64,000 nt of DNA, from NCBI RefSeq assembly GCF_003704095.1, contig NW_020846357.1, forward strand, positions 248,001 through 312,000, in the 5' to 3' direction. Positions within the stretch are counted from its first letter, which is position 1. Every line of letters begins with the position of its first letter. The stretch comes from Pocillopora damicornis. Taxonomy: Eukaryota. This document shows, in pieces, positions 19,794-31,543 of this stretch. The notes beneath the pieces are model-generated. The model was given only the letters and a program-made list of their open reading frames with translations, was not told where the DNA came from and made no database searches. A program made the translations under genes and the position numbers.

Positions 19794-21068
19794 ATGTCGA
19801 ACTTGTCAGTCGCCTTTGCCATGCATTCAAATACAACGCTCCATGAAAACCATGGAAACAATTCCAGAGAAGAGCTGATTAATATCTTGAGCTTGTTTCA
19901 AAAGATATCACTAGCAGCACCGTACTTCATAATTGAGCCGCTTGCTTTGTTCCTGAATTTCTTGACTCTTTACATTTTACGAAAAAAAGAGGCGCAGTCA
20001 TGCAGACGAATACGTCGAGTCAAAGGACACGAGCGAGTGATGGCTCGGCCACAATGCAGATCTTTTTATTTCTTACGACATTTGGTTTTCTCCGATTTGC
20101 TCACTTGCTTTGTGGCAATTCCATTTGACGCTCTGGAAATTTATCGCCTGGAATTTCGTCGCTCTCGGGAATACTGTGCTATCTCGAAGTATGTACGTTT
20201 CGTTGCGATCAGCAGCAGTTTTTATATTTTAGTCGTTATCAACTTTGAGCGGTTTTGGTCGGTAACATTCCCTTTTCGCCCCTTGGGGCATAAAATGATC
20301 TCTTACATGACCCGTGGTGCTTGGATAGCGGCGTTTGTAATCAATATCCCCTCTCTTTTTTTGTATCGATCAAAAGTCGAGTTTATGTACAATGACGATC
20401 GATATTACGTAAGAGTTTGTGTCGCAGAACCTGGGCAAACTGGAAACTTTGCAAGGGGTTTTTTGGGTGTGACATTCTTGATACCAGCCTTGGCCATCGC
20501 TACCCTTTCGTTGAGTACGCTTTATCATATTCTAAAGATCCAAAGGAAAAATAATCAGAGAGGATCAAGCATGGAAAAATCACTGTCAGAATTAGAGGAA
20601 TTGAAGGGATTGAGAAACATTATACTCTCATCTTTTTACATAACTGTTGGATTTTGGTTGTGTTCAAGTCCTGTTGGTTTTTATTACTTAATAATCGCTG
20701 GTATTGGCCGTCCGGAATTTCCAACGTCATATCTGATCGGTCGTTCCATTGTTATCATTGCAAATCTTAGCGCCGTTGTAAATCCATTAGTTACCATTCT
20801 GTGTTTCCGTCCGATCAAGGAGGGTGCGAGGGAGTATTTAGGACTAGGAACTAAAAAGTGCTACAGGATAACGAACTTGGGCGCTCAGACAAAGGATGAC
20901 AAAAACCATGTGGAACTTCTGGCGGTCACTGTTAGGAGTTCACTCCGGCACGTTAGATACATTCTGCAGAAGAGAGAGGCTGAAGAGAAGAATTTGCAAC
21001 GTCTGGGAAAAGATACAAGCGAGCCAACCGTCATGACGACTGTTCCTCATTATGACAATACTTCTTAA
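19794..21068 (+). CDS. Orphan class A (rhodopsin-like) GPCR, 424 aa, intronless
   Basis: Seven hydrophobic segments; N-glycosylation sequons in the N-terminus; TM1 Asn, TM2 HLVFSD, TM3 Cys...ERF, TM4 Trp, ECL2 Cys, TM5 FLIP, TM6 FWLCSSP, TM7 NPLVT. First ATG at 19794. Confidence 0.88.
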   Translation: MSNLSVAFAMHSNTTLHENHGNNSREELINILSLFQKISLAAPYFIIEPLALFLNFLTLYILRKKEAQSCRRIRRVKGHERVMARPQCRSFYFLRHLVFSDLLTCFVAIPFDALEIYRLEFRRSREYCAISKYVRFVAISSSFYILVVINFERFWSVTFPFRPLGHKMISYMTRGAWIAAFVINIPSLFLYRSKVEFMYNDDRYYVRVCVAEPGQTGNFARGFLGVTFLIPALAIATLSLSTLYHILKIQRKNNQRGSSMEKSLSELEELKGLRNIILSSFYITVGFWLCSSPVGFYYLIIAGIGRPEFPTSYLIGRSIVIIANLSAVVNPLVTILCFRPIKEGAREYLGLGTKKCYRITNLGAQTKDDKNHVELLAVTVRSSLRHVRYILQKREAEEKNLQRLGKDTSEPTVMTTVPHYDNTS

Positions 21069-21259
21069 AAAAACTGAACCAGGATTTGGATTGACAGTTA
21101 TGGCCAATGACTGCAAAGCACTAGTTGCTATCATAGATCAATTAACAATTCAACTCCAAGGAAAGTCTCCACACAGCATCATTGTCCTTCAAGTTGCGTA
21201 ACCGATGCACGTAGTCTGGCACTGTCTGGTACCAAATTTGAGTTGTCTCCAGTCTCACC

Positions 21260-21460
21260 CTCATCCGTTGTCTTCTGAGGTCTCGGTTCGATTCTCGAAA
21301 CCGGCAATGTGCAGATATTTCTGCTGATTCTCCACTTTTTCTCTCTCCACAAAACCCTATATAACTGCACGTCACTTATTGTGCCTTCTAAGTCAACTCT
21401 TCAAATTCCAATTTGGCCGGAAACAGTGGACAAGGAGCCGACTTATGAACGTGCTTCTGT
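21260..21460 (+). mobile_element. Degenerate tRNA-derived SINE (second family)
   Basis: B-box ggttcgattc at ~21285, followed by ctccactttttctctctccacaaaacc and caaattccaatt. Family identity comes from recall of anthozoan SINE bodies, not from a search. Confidence 0.4.
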
Positions 21461-22500
21461 CTAATCCGAATTGATATTAATCTGATAAATCCATTAATCT
21501 TTGAATTTTACCCCAAAATTACTGTTCACTAAGATGAGAAAAACAGTCTATCCTATGAACTATCACTATTAGCGCTCAAACTGCATGGAAAAAGTAACTA
21601 AAGAGAGTCAGTTCAAGGTGAACTACTTGAGAACGAGGAATAGCCTCGCTCCAGTGAAGGTTTTTTTATTTTTTTTTTTCTCAGCGTGAAGGGAGGCAAA
21701 AATGAAATTAACATACACTATTTATGCTACATATGGCCACAGATAGCAGGTGCTCCCACTACGGCTGAGAAGTTTACATAATATAACAGCACTAGTTTCA
21801 CTCTATAACGACAGGCCATTTGTCAGAGGTAGATTCAGAGCATGCCTACGCAATAAAGTATAACTTTCTTGCCAAAAATGACAGTGGATTATTTAGGAAA
21901 CAATCGGCTTCTTGAGGAGGACCCGTTGTTTATACAAACATTTTCAAGCGGAAATAAGTGGAGGACTTTTTTCCTCCTCTAGTCTGATTTTCTCCACAAA
22001 AATCTTACAGTTTGTGCATGTGTGTGGAAAGCTAATACATATTTTTCCTTCTTAATCGCGTAGATTAAATTGTTTATTTGTATATTCAAAAAGTTGAGGA
22101 ATGTAACCAGTATTAGTGTTTATTAGGAAACAATAAAAAACTTCCAGTCGATGTGAATCTGTGATCAACAGCACCTCAAAAACCGAATATCGAGTTGATG
22201 AAACATAATACGAGATAGAATTTTTTTTTTTGCAAAGTCTGGTTTTAAATCTGGCGAGAAGTACTGTAAAAGTATTGTTCATAATACAGAGATTAGAAAC
22301 GTCAGTGTTTATGGTTTATTTCTATGCCCTAATGGGGGCTCTATTGTGTTAGAACAGGTCGTCTCCCATGGCAACTTAATGCTTTGAGCTGTGATTGGTT
22401 GAAAACTGTAATGCAGTCGAACTGTAAAAGAATGGAGTAAGCGAGTTCGGTTGTAGGTTTTTACGAAGATTTCTGTTCCTTTTTACTTGATTTAAACATC

Positions 22501-25500
22501 ATGGCCGATGAAAGCGAGCTATCAAACGCAAGCGAGTTTATAAAAGGTACACCTCGGTTGTTTTTATCCGCTGCCAATATGGTTTACCGCCAAGGAATTG
22601 TCAGTCTTATCCAAGATGTCCCCTTCTTAATTTCTTACTAGATCGATTGTACTTCATCACTCTGCGAAACAAGCCCAGACATACTGAATCTGTTCATTAC
22701 TTCTGTGTAGATGATGAATTGGTGTATGAGAAGTAAGTATGTTCTAATTTGGAAGCTTATTTGCCGTCAGCCTGCGTTCTAATTAGTCAATTTGTAAACT
22801 TGTCGTTCTGCAGTTTTTACGCCGACTTCGGACCCTTGAATCTTGCTATGCTGTATCGCTACTGTTGTAGGCTTTACAAGAAACTTAAGGTAAGCAATCT
22901 GCTGTTTTAACTAATTTTTGTGGACGAAAACATGAATATTATATTTCAAATTGTTTTATAGACAAACTCATGCAGTTCGCTCGCAGTCATTCTTGATTTC
23001 TAGCGGACTTCCAGTGTCCATGAAAAATGAAGTAAAGACTTAACTCACATCCGTATTATTTTACGCTCGTAGTATTTATAAGAGACTTCAACGTCCGTTG
23101 TTTAGATGCAACTCCTTGTTTTTTCAAGTCGGTGATATTGATACTTTAGTTGGTATTCCGTTTATGGAGACTATCCAAGCGCTATCTATATGATCAAAAC
23201 ATCGTTGACGATGTTTTTTCCTTGTACGGGTCCCCGCGTTTGTTTGCTAAACGCTAAGCTTAACCTATTTGTATTTCAGCCGGTCGTAATGACTCGAAAT
23301 TACTCCCTCCTCCTTCTCTGTACTTAAATATAAAGTTTGGATAATCAGAAAACCAGAGTTTGGGCACATCAGCTCTGAAAAGTTGTGGTTACTTGTTACA
23401 AATGTTCCCGTACGATAATTTAAGTCTGTGGTTTGGAATTTTGCCTCGTGTTCACGGTCTAATGCTAAAACAGACAAACAGAATTCGATATTGAGATACG
23501 TTTGCACTCAAAAATTCTTTCTCTTTATCTTCTCTATTGACACTCTCGAAACTCTTCTCATGCAATATGTCGAAGAAATAAACTGTGAATCCAATTAGAA
23601 ACCTAGATCGTAAGTTATTACCTGGGGTAAAGTAAAGTCGAAGTGCTCTAGTGTTACGCAATTAAGATTGGCGATGGAAAATTTACGTAGCTTAGCTTAC
23701 TCATGTCTCAGTTCTCTGCTCGTCTGTTGGGGCATCAGAAATTATATATATTAGCTTCATATTTGAAAGAATAGGCTATTAGTGTTATCTTTTGATACTC
23801 CGGTTGAAATCTGATTTTTACTATTGATGAATTCACAATAATTAGAGTGACTGAAACATCTATAATTTTGTTGACATGTAAAACGTGTATTCATGATTGA
23901 TATGAACTAAATGAACTACATGAATTCCTATAGTCTGTATGAAAATCTTCTTTCCTGCCCTTAATGTGTGCCTATCTAAATTGATCTGAAAACTTATTTT
24001 GAAAACTCATTTTTCCAATTATTCAAAATTAGATATCATTGGTTATAAATATTCCTTTTAACTGTGGTTTGAAAAATCATCTTGCCTTGTTGAAATAGAG
24101 CAGCTGTTTTTGTCTTTTGTTGTTTACTAGTCTCTGTTAAAAATATCCTTTTTTTTTGGCTTGTATCAAAATATTGTCAATCTATAAGTCAGTGGATATA
24201 GTAATTGAAAATTAACAGTTGTGTTATATTGAACTTTTTATTGTAAGAGGAGGTATTTTCATCATCATCACATGGTGTTATCAATTTCAGACCAACATTT
24301 GTTATATTGTTGTGGTTTTTCTTTGGATTATGAGATAAAAGCTTAACTTTATGATACTATTGCTGGTCATTTTTTGATTAACTTTGATTGGAATAGAACA
24401 ATCGTGTGCTTAGATATGTTAAGCTAGACATCTAAGATTTGGGCTTAAACATGACTACAACTTTTGAGATTTGCAAAACGAAAGTGTGACTTTGTGGGCT
24501 TAGAAGACATTTCCTCAACATATAAATTTCTTCTGCTGTTATATTGTAGTTTTAGTTGAAAATGAGGTAACTCAAATGATTGAATCTATATTTTTGTTTG
24601 AATTTGTAGTCTTTCTCTTTGGCAAAGAAAAAGATCGTTCACTACACCTCGTTTGATAGCAGGAAGAGGGCAAATGCTGCATATTTAATTGCATCATATT
24701 CAGTAAGTATTATCACAGTTAATATTCATTTTACAACATGTTGTTCTTTTGTTTTCAATGTAGGACATAGGTTTGCTACTTTAGAGAACATCAGTTTGGG
24801 TTTTTTCCTTTACAAGAATAGCATCCTGTATTCTGCCAGGATCAGCAATGTTGAAACTTTAAAGTCAGTTATTTGATTAATAATGGTAATGGGACTGAGC
24901 GGAGTCCAATTTGGTCTGTGATCGTAGGAGTGATTGACAAAATTGGATGACCACAAAGCAAGAGTCTGAATCATTAGTCACAACTATGATTACAGACCGA
25001 ATTGGATGACACAAAGACCATTTACTAATTAATCAAAACCATGACAAAATTTGAAAAGGACACTAGCACTAGGTAACTCAACAAAATGTGTGATGACGTG
25101 GTGCACAAATGATGTGTACGGCCCACTTACACTAGTGTGATGTGTCCAAAAACTTTAACTCAATTTGTTTTGCCACTTAGATCTTCAATTTTTTACTGTA
25201 ATTACTGGTGCATCTTGCTTTTTCGTAGATAATCTACCTGAAGAGAAGTCCAGAAGAGTCTTATAGACCACTGATAAAAAATGGCTGCAACCCACCATTT
25301 CTTCCATTTAGGTGTGTATTATGTAAGGGTGATATGCATGAACTCACGAGGTACATCAATTTGTGTTTCATCTAGTAAGTGTCTTGTATTTGGACAATTA
25401 CCATAGGATTTTTTTCACCTTGTTTTTATTAGGTTTTAGAAGTCCACATTTATTCATCTTCCCCTTAAACACAAGAATTTATTTTTATTGTCATTGTTGT

Positions 25501-28500
25501 AGACTTCAGCTTTGAGGAAATGATTAGTGGTTGAAGAACTTGCTCAAAGAACTTGCTTGTGGAATACTTTTAGAATGCAAAGAAGAGTAAAATGTACTTA
25601 CTACTATCTACAATGTGGTGTCTTTAATTTTGTAATGAAAAATAAATGGACTAAAACAGTGTTTCTTTTCCTTTACAGAGATGCATCCTTTGGAACATGT
25701 TCATACAACCTTTCTCTAATGGATGTTTTAAATGGCCTTTACAAGGTACAAGAGCAATTTAACTTGCCTTTGATATTGGTACTGGTAATGAGAGTGTAAT
25801 GTGAAAACCAGCAATAATACCTGCCAGTTATTTGCTTTTTTTTTTGGGTCAAAATCTTTAATATCACGAACATGTTGCAGTACATGCATGAATCAAACAA
25901 TGTGACAAGCCAGGTGACCTTGTGTAGAGTAATTGTTTATTGTTAAAGTCATATTTTTTTTATTAATGCAGGGATTACAAAATGGGTTTTTTAACTTTGA
26001 AACTTTTGATGTAGAAGAGTATGAACATTATGAGGTGAGATGTTTGAATTTGACAATTTTTGTTAAAATTTTTTGATCAATTTTTACCTCTTAGCTATAA
26101 GTCGATTTTATTATAGTTTTCTGTTGTTATAATTGTAGTTTTTTTAATATATCATGTCTTTCTGTTTTTAACAGTCTTAATAGTATTTATATTTTTTTGG
26201 GCACATGTAAAAATTGTAACAGAGATTTGCATGTTTCAGATATTTTATTGTTATAATAATTTTTATGGTTATTCTTAACATTGTTATTTTTGTTATCATT
26301 GATTATAACATGCTAATGTTATCTCTGCGATACATTTTCTTTCTCGCAGAGAATTGAAAATGGGGATTTCAACTGGCTGTTACCAGGTTAGAAAAATTGA
26401 TAACTTGGCAGTTGATTAAATGAGATGGCTGCAAAAATTAGTGTCAATGAATAACAACTTGAAGAAATATTCTTCATTTGTGAAAAATTTTACCATTTAC
26501 AAGTTAACTACATTTAATTTGCAGGGTGACCTGTTAACAAAGATTCCTAACTCAGTTTGTGTTGTAAACTATTTTTCAGATAAATTTTTGGCATTCAGTG
26601 GACCTCACAATAAAAGTAGAATTGAGAATGGTAAGCATTTCTGGCTGACTTTAGATTAAAATACCAGGGCTGGATTATCTCTGATCGTAAAAACTATCAC
26701 AAAATTCTTGAGTGTAATTGGTTATAAGTTGTCAAATTTGAGCACAATGCATATATAGGTAACATATCTGTAGCAGTACAGAACAATAGGACAGTTTACA
26801 CTTCATGCCTCTGTAATTGTACAGCATTCAGCATTGGTGCTGACTGTTGAATAAACCACTGGGTCAATATTCTTATGGAGAAAGTCATTTGTTATGTTTT
26901 GATTGGCAATAAGATTTTGTGGTGGTAAGCCTGTCTGTAGTCATGCTTGTGATTAACCAATCTGACTCCTGCTTCATGGTGGTCCAATCCTCTCAACTGT
27001 TTTACTGCCAAGAATCTGATTGTTAATTCTCCCCACTAGCTGCTACACATTTCCATGTAAATTAGTAGCGACAGTTTGGTGTTAGATCAAGATCAACTTC
27101 TACCTGTTAATTTTGAGTATTCTCAATACCTCTGTATTTGATAATGTATGGAATTTGTAGAGAGAAATTACATGTTAATCACTTCTGGGGGTTAAAGGAT
27201 TAATCACTTGTGTAATTATTTGAGGAGTTGAGTTCTTCTTCTTATTATTTGCAGTAATTTGATTATATTGAGGCAGTGTAGCTTACAATAGATATTTTAC
27301 ATTTTTACAGGTTATCCTCTGCATGCCCCAGAAGCCTACATCCCTTACTTCAAAAAGCACAATATTACAGCAGTTGTAAGACTCAATAAGAAATTCTATG
27401 ATGCAAAGAGGTTTACAGATCATGGTATTGAACATTTTGACCTGTTCTTTGTGGATGGCAGTGTGCCAAGTGATATGATTGTCAGGTTGGTTATTTTGTT
27501 GTTTTTGTTGCTTTTTTATTATTATTAACATCTACACGTATTCAGGATGCTTTTTGCTTCATAAAACAGAAAGGGGAGAAATTTGTGTTGATCGTGCTAA
27601 TACGAGTGAGAATGTAGGCAGACAGAGGATATGCTTGGGGAGGTTATGACAGGAAAAGAAGGAGTCCTGAAAAAATGCAGATTTTCTCTCACCTTCCCAC
27701 TTATTAATTTCACTGAGCCTGGCAAAGACTGATTGGACAGAACAATCTAGGGATTGATGCACTCTCAGTTTGAAAAAAGTTATGTTACATGATGGTAAAC
27801 TTTGTTTATGGGGGAAGTTGAGTTTTACCAAGTCCTTACTTTTGGGTGTTCATACATCTCCACTAAAGAAACATTTTCTCCCATACTGACATGAAATATC
27901 TTGCTCATCAGGCGTTTCTTGACAATAGCGGAAAATGCCAAAGGAACTGTTGCAGTTCACTGCAAAGGTAAGGGTTCACAATTCCCCAAGGACTGCGGTG
28001 GCCAAGTCTAACATGTTATGCTTGGTGAGCAAGTCTTCTATATGTAAGTTTGGGGCTGAAAATGGCAGCTACTCTAAATTTGCGGCTCCCTTGCCCACTT
28101 CAGTGGGAACTTAACCTTTTTTTTTTTTTTTTTTAAACCATTTTTAGATACGAATGACTGGTATCTAATTTCTCCTCACATTTTTTACTCTTAAATCAAA
28201 CACAAGAGTTATGAGAATTAAGGACATGATCATCAACTTATTAACCTCTTGATTGTTAAACAACAACAAATGGAGAATATGCGTACTGATGTGTAAGTGT
28301 TAAGTGTTAATTGAATGCTTATTGGTTTACATGCTCGACTCTCGACTTAACTGCTTTATTTTCCTGCTTTCAGCTGGTCTTGGTAGAACTGGGACGTTAA
28401 TAGCGTGTTACTTGATCAAGCATTACCGATTCACTGCTGCAGAAGCTATTGCCTGGTTAAGGTAAGAAGTGATATTACTATATCGTTGGCAGTGCCCGTG

Positions 28501-28555
28501 GGCAATATGAAGCGAATCCTGTGTTCTGACTGGCCCATCTTGCCTGCTCTGATCC

Positions 28556-28587
<32 letters not shown>

Positions 28588-31543
28588 AGAGAACTTGGCC
28601 AATATCCAGCCATCTTGACCTCAAGCTTGGTCGATAACGCATATTTTACTGCTCGCAAAAATCACCAGCATTTAAATTCTATCGAAGTGATCATAGATTT
28701 ACAGTGTACCATTTTTTTTTTGTCCTACTCGCAGAATTTGCCGTCCTGGATCAGTTATTGGACCTCAGCAGAATTTTTTGGAAGAGTAAGTGCACCGGTT
28801 CATATGTTTTCTCCATTTATCTACAGATATAAAGACTAACTGGTACTCTTAGCTGGGAGGAAAGTCACAAAACCCCAACCAAATACATTTGTAGCTTTCC
28901 TTAAGCCAATCTAAAGTGTAAATCTGGGTCCTTCATTTTGAATACTAGTGTTATATAATGATTTGAAACCTTTGAACTTGTTCTACAATGTACATGTATT
29001 TATTTGTTTTTTTGTAGAAAACAAGCCAGCTTGTGGATACAAGGGGACATTTTTAGAACGAGAGAAAAAGAGAAGGCTGAAAAAGGTTTGTTAACAGATA
29101 GTGTTTATATTAATTTTGATACAATTCTCTTAATAATACCGCAAACTGATCAATTGAACAACTTTGTAACTAAGGTTTCTATCAATTTTTGTTTTGTAAA
29201 AAGCAGTGGATCGCTGTGGAGTGAGTCGGCTTATTAGTGGAGTGGACACCATCAAGATTGAAGATTCTGTCAATACAAGGCCCAGTAAACTGTACAAGGT
29301 AACATCATTCTCAAGCAACTCATTGAAGAAGCTTTAACCAAATGTTTTGAAGTTTCTTTGTGCCTTAGAAAGATACCAGCAACCTGATGTAGACCAAGAG
29401 ATAACGCACAAAATGTCAGTTTTAAAAAGTCTCTAGGGTGGCTGATTTACATAATTCGACTCAGTTAAAAAAAAACCAAGCTACCATATGAAATATGAGT
29501 TCGAAACAAGTCTTTAACCTTTTAACCACTAAGAGGGACTGGTATCTAATTTTTCTTTACTATATCACCCCTGAATCAAACATTGGAGCTGATCACAGCA
29601 ACTCTTGATTGTTGGACAAATTCTCCATGTCGGTGTCATAGGAAATGTTAAGAGAACAGTGTGGAGAATATGCATACCGATGTTAGGGTGTAGAGGGTTA
29701 AAACTTAACGATAGCCTCTTTTACACTTGAAAGTCTCTTATTTTACTCTATTTTTTTCCCAAGGATCTTACGCCCATGTTACGTGCTACACCCACTTCAG
29801 GCGCGTCTTTGCTCAGTGAACGTAGCAGCATCCTTGCCTCCAAAGAGATAACGGTCAGTAAAGATTCTAATGACAATGAGGAACCAACACAAGGAGATGA
29901 ACTGAGGCGATTGAAGACCAGCCGTTCATTGCGTCATCCGCGATCGGCAACAACGGGTGCTTTAAAGTAAGCTTAGTTTATCACATTTGTTTGTAAAACA
30001 GGACTTATGAAATAAGCGCTTTGTAGTTTTGATGAAATACATTACAGACATTCGGCTTCCATCTTTAGGTGGAACCACTTTGTACAGCGTAATAAGTGGT
30101 ACTAAATGGAAGTAAATGCTCAGTAGCCTTGATCTAAATACTCACACCCAGGGATTTCATCCACAGACTCAGAAGTTAGAACCACCTTGTACAGCATGAT
30201 AAAGATTACCTCGTGAAAGAACTGCCTAGGAGCTTTCATGCGAATTGTTGCATAAACTGAAAAGTCAGATTCGCGTTGTGAGGTCTCATCAATAACAAAT
30301 AGAACCTTGTCATCGTATGAAATAAAATTTATTTTAGAGTTTTCCTTTTGTCTCTCAGACTGGAGGATGGTAGATTAGGTCACACTCGCTCCACGACTGG
30401 ACAATCGTTGAAGTAAGTGTAACGTAGTTTAGTAAAACATACGACAATCTTTCACTTAGATATCGCATAGAAAAATTCTGTTTTTGCCTAAAGAGGCAAT
30501 AACAAACCAACAAGGAAAAGGATGAAGAAAATTTACTCGCATTGAAAATAACCACAAAAATATCACTTTGCTAAGATAGAAAAATACAAAAGGAGAAAGA
30601 AGGATGGTTTGAGATGGAGAAGATTATAACGAATTGGAAATAACAAAGCTTGACATATTAGACACGTCACGTAGCGTCTAGAAGGCTTTTGAAATTTTAC
30701 AGTAAACTTCTACGAAGGAAGAGATAAAAAAGTTAAAAGCTCTGAAAAAGAAAGGATTTGTTACTATTAAGAACACTTGCAGTGATCAGCAGGATTGTAA
30801 TGTTTCTTAAACATTTTTACAGGCTTGCGAACGCGTCGACAATGCAGTCAGTAATGTCACCGCTGAAAACATCCAAAGTTTCTGCTCTACCGAGAAGAAC
30901 AACAAGGACCTCGTCCCACATGTTACGAAGGTAATGACAGACAAATTAATATTTTACTCCAGAATGGGTGAAGCGTTGATCAAGTATTTACTGTGTTGGA
31001 CTTAAGGTTGAGAGCTCAGGATTCAATTGGTGTCCAGGTCATTGTGTTTTGTTCTTGTGTAAGACGCTTTACGCTCGCAGTGCCTCTGTCCACCCAGGAT
31101 CATTTATATGTACCGGTAAACTGTCAGAGAAAGATGATTTAATACTGAGGCGAGAGAGAGAGAGGGTTGGGGAGGGGGGTAACCAGCTGGAGTTGTAATA
31201 CATCTAGGTTTCGTCACAGTATATACCTTACCAGACGAACACCTCGTCATTGTGGCAGCCAAAAGGATTTCCTTCTCTATAATGCGCTGTTTCGGTTTTT
31301 ACCAACAAAACCCAGACTAACTGCAAGAAATCTTAAGTCTACAAATTGGCCAGTTTTCTTCAAGCTCAAATCTGATCACTCGATTTAAAGAAAAGGAAGT
31401 AAGTAAATATTACTCAACTATATCATACGTTCTTTCTAATTGAAGCATTTTTTAACATTTTTATTTATTCATTTTTCAGTCGTATGACATCATCACGTGT
31501 GAGCAGTAGAGCACTGAACTTGGCAGCCCTTGCTAAAACATAA
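22501..31543 (+). CDS. CDC14A: Dual-specificity phosphatase CDC14 (CDC14A/B-like), about 521 aa, 19 exons
   Basis: Exons 22501-22546, 22642-22732, 22814-22889, 24610-24702, 25229-25311, 25679-25745, 25972-26034, 26350-26386, 26580-26630, 27311-27485, 27912-27967, 28374-28461, 28735-28785, 29018-29085, 29207-29298, 29764-29966, 30359-30412, 30823-30930, 31480-31543 (1566 nt). Motifs [31 protein letters not shown], catalytic [34 protein letters not shown]. Confidence 0.95.
24878..25070 (+). repeat. Interspersed repeat; related inverted copy at ~26690-26990
   Basis: ttggatgaccacaaagcaagagtctgaat...tagtcacaactatgattacagac matches the reverse complement of gtctgtagtcatgcttgtgattaaccaatctgactcctgcttcatggtggtccaa (26933-26987). 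Confidence 0.6.
26992..27203 (-). mobile_element. ~210-bp TTAA-ended MITE, subfamily C
   Basis: Ends gggggttaaaggattaa; same size and architecture as the 36757-36961 element (taattctcc...tttggt...tattctca...gagaaatt...tcact). Confidence 0.55.
28133..28310 (+). mobile_element. MITE subfamily A, internally deleted copy
   Basis: gactggtatctaatttctcc...atgagaat...ctcttgattgttaaaca...tggagaatatgcgtactgatg, colinear with 29514-29701. Confidence 0.7.
28478..28645. repeat. Probable interspersed repeat in CDC14 intron 12
   Basis: GC-richer block (aatcctgtgttctgactggc...cttggccaatatccagccatcttgacctca) recalled as a common anthozoan repeat; only one copy in this window. Confidence 0.4.
29355..29485 (+). 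mobile_element. Penelope-like repeat, highly degenerate copy
   Basis: taacgcacaaaatgtcagtttt...ggtggctgatttacataattcgactcagtt aligns with 19105-19170. Confidence 0.45.
29514..29701 (+). mobile_element. MITE subfamily A (TTAA-CC...GG-TTAA ends)
   Basis: ttaaccttttaacc...gggtgtagagggttaa; best-preserved ends of the family. Confidence 0.78.
30985..31260 (+). mobile_element. tRNA-derived SINE with a Deu/Nin-like central domain
   Basis: cattgtgttttgttcttgtgtaagacgctttacgctcgcagtgcctctgtccacccagg...gtaccgg resembles the Deu/Nin SINE domain; related fragments at 7770-7990 and 12145-12211. Confidence 0.6.

Noticed and set aside
21260-21310. tRNA gene at the B-box-like ggttcgattc
   Set aside because: No cloverleaf or clear A-box; better explained as a decayed SINE head.
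24143-24152. ATATCCTT as a U12 (AT-AC) intron donor in CDC14
   Set aside because: It is not at an exon boundary; all CDC14 junctions are satisfied by GT-AG.
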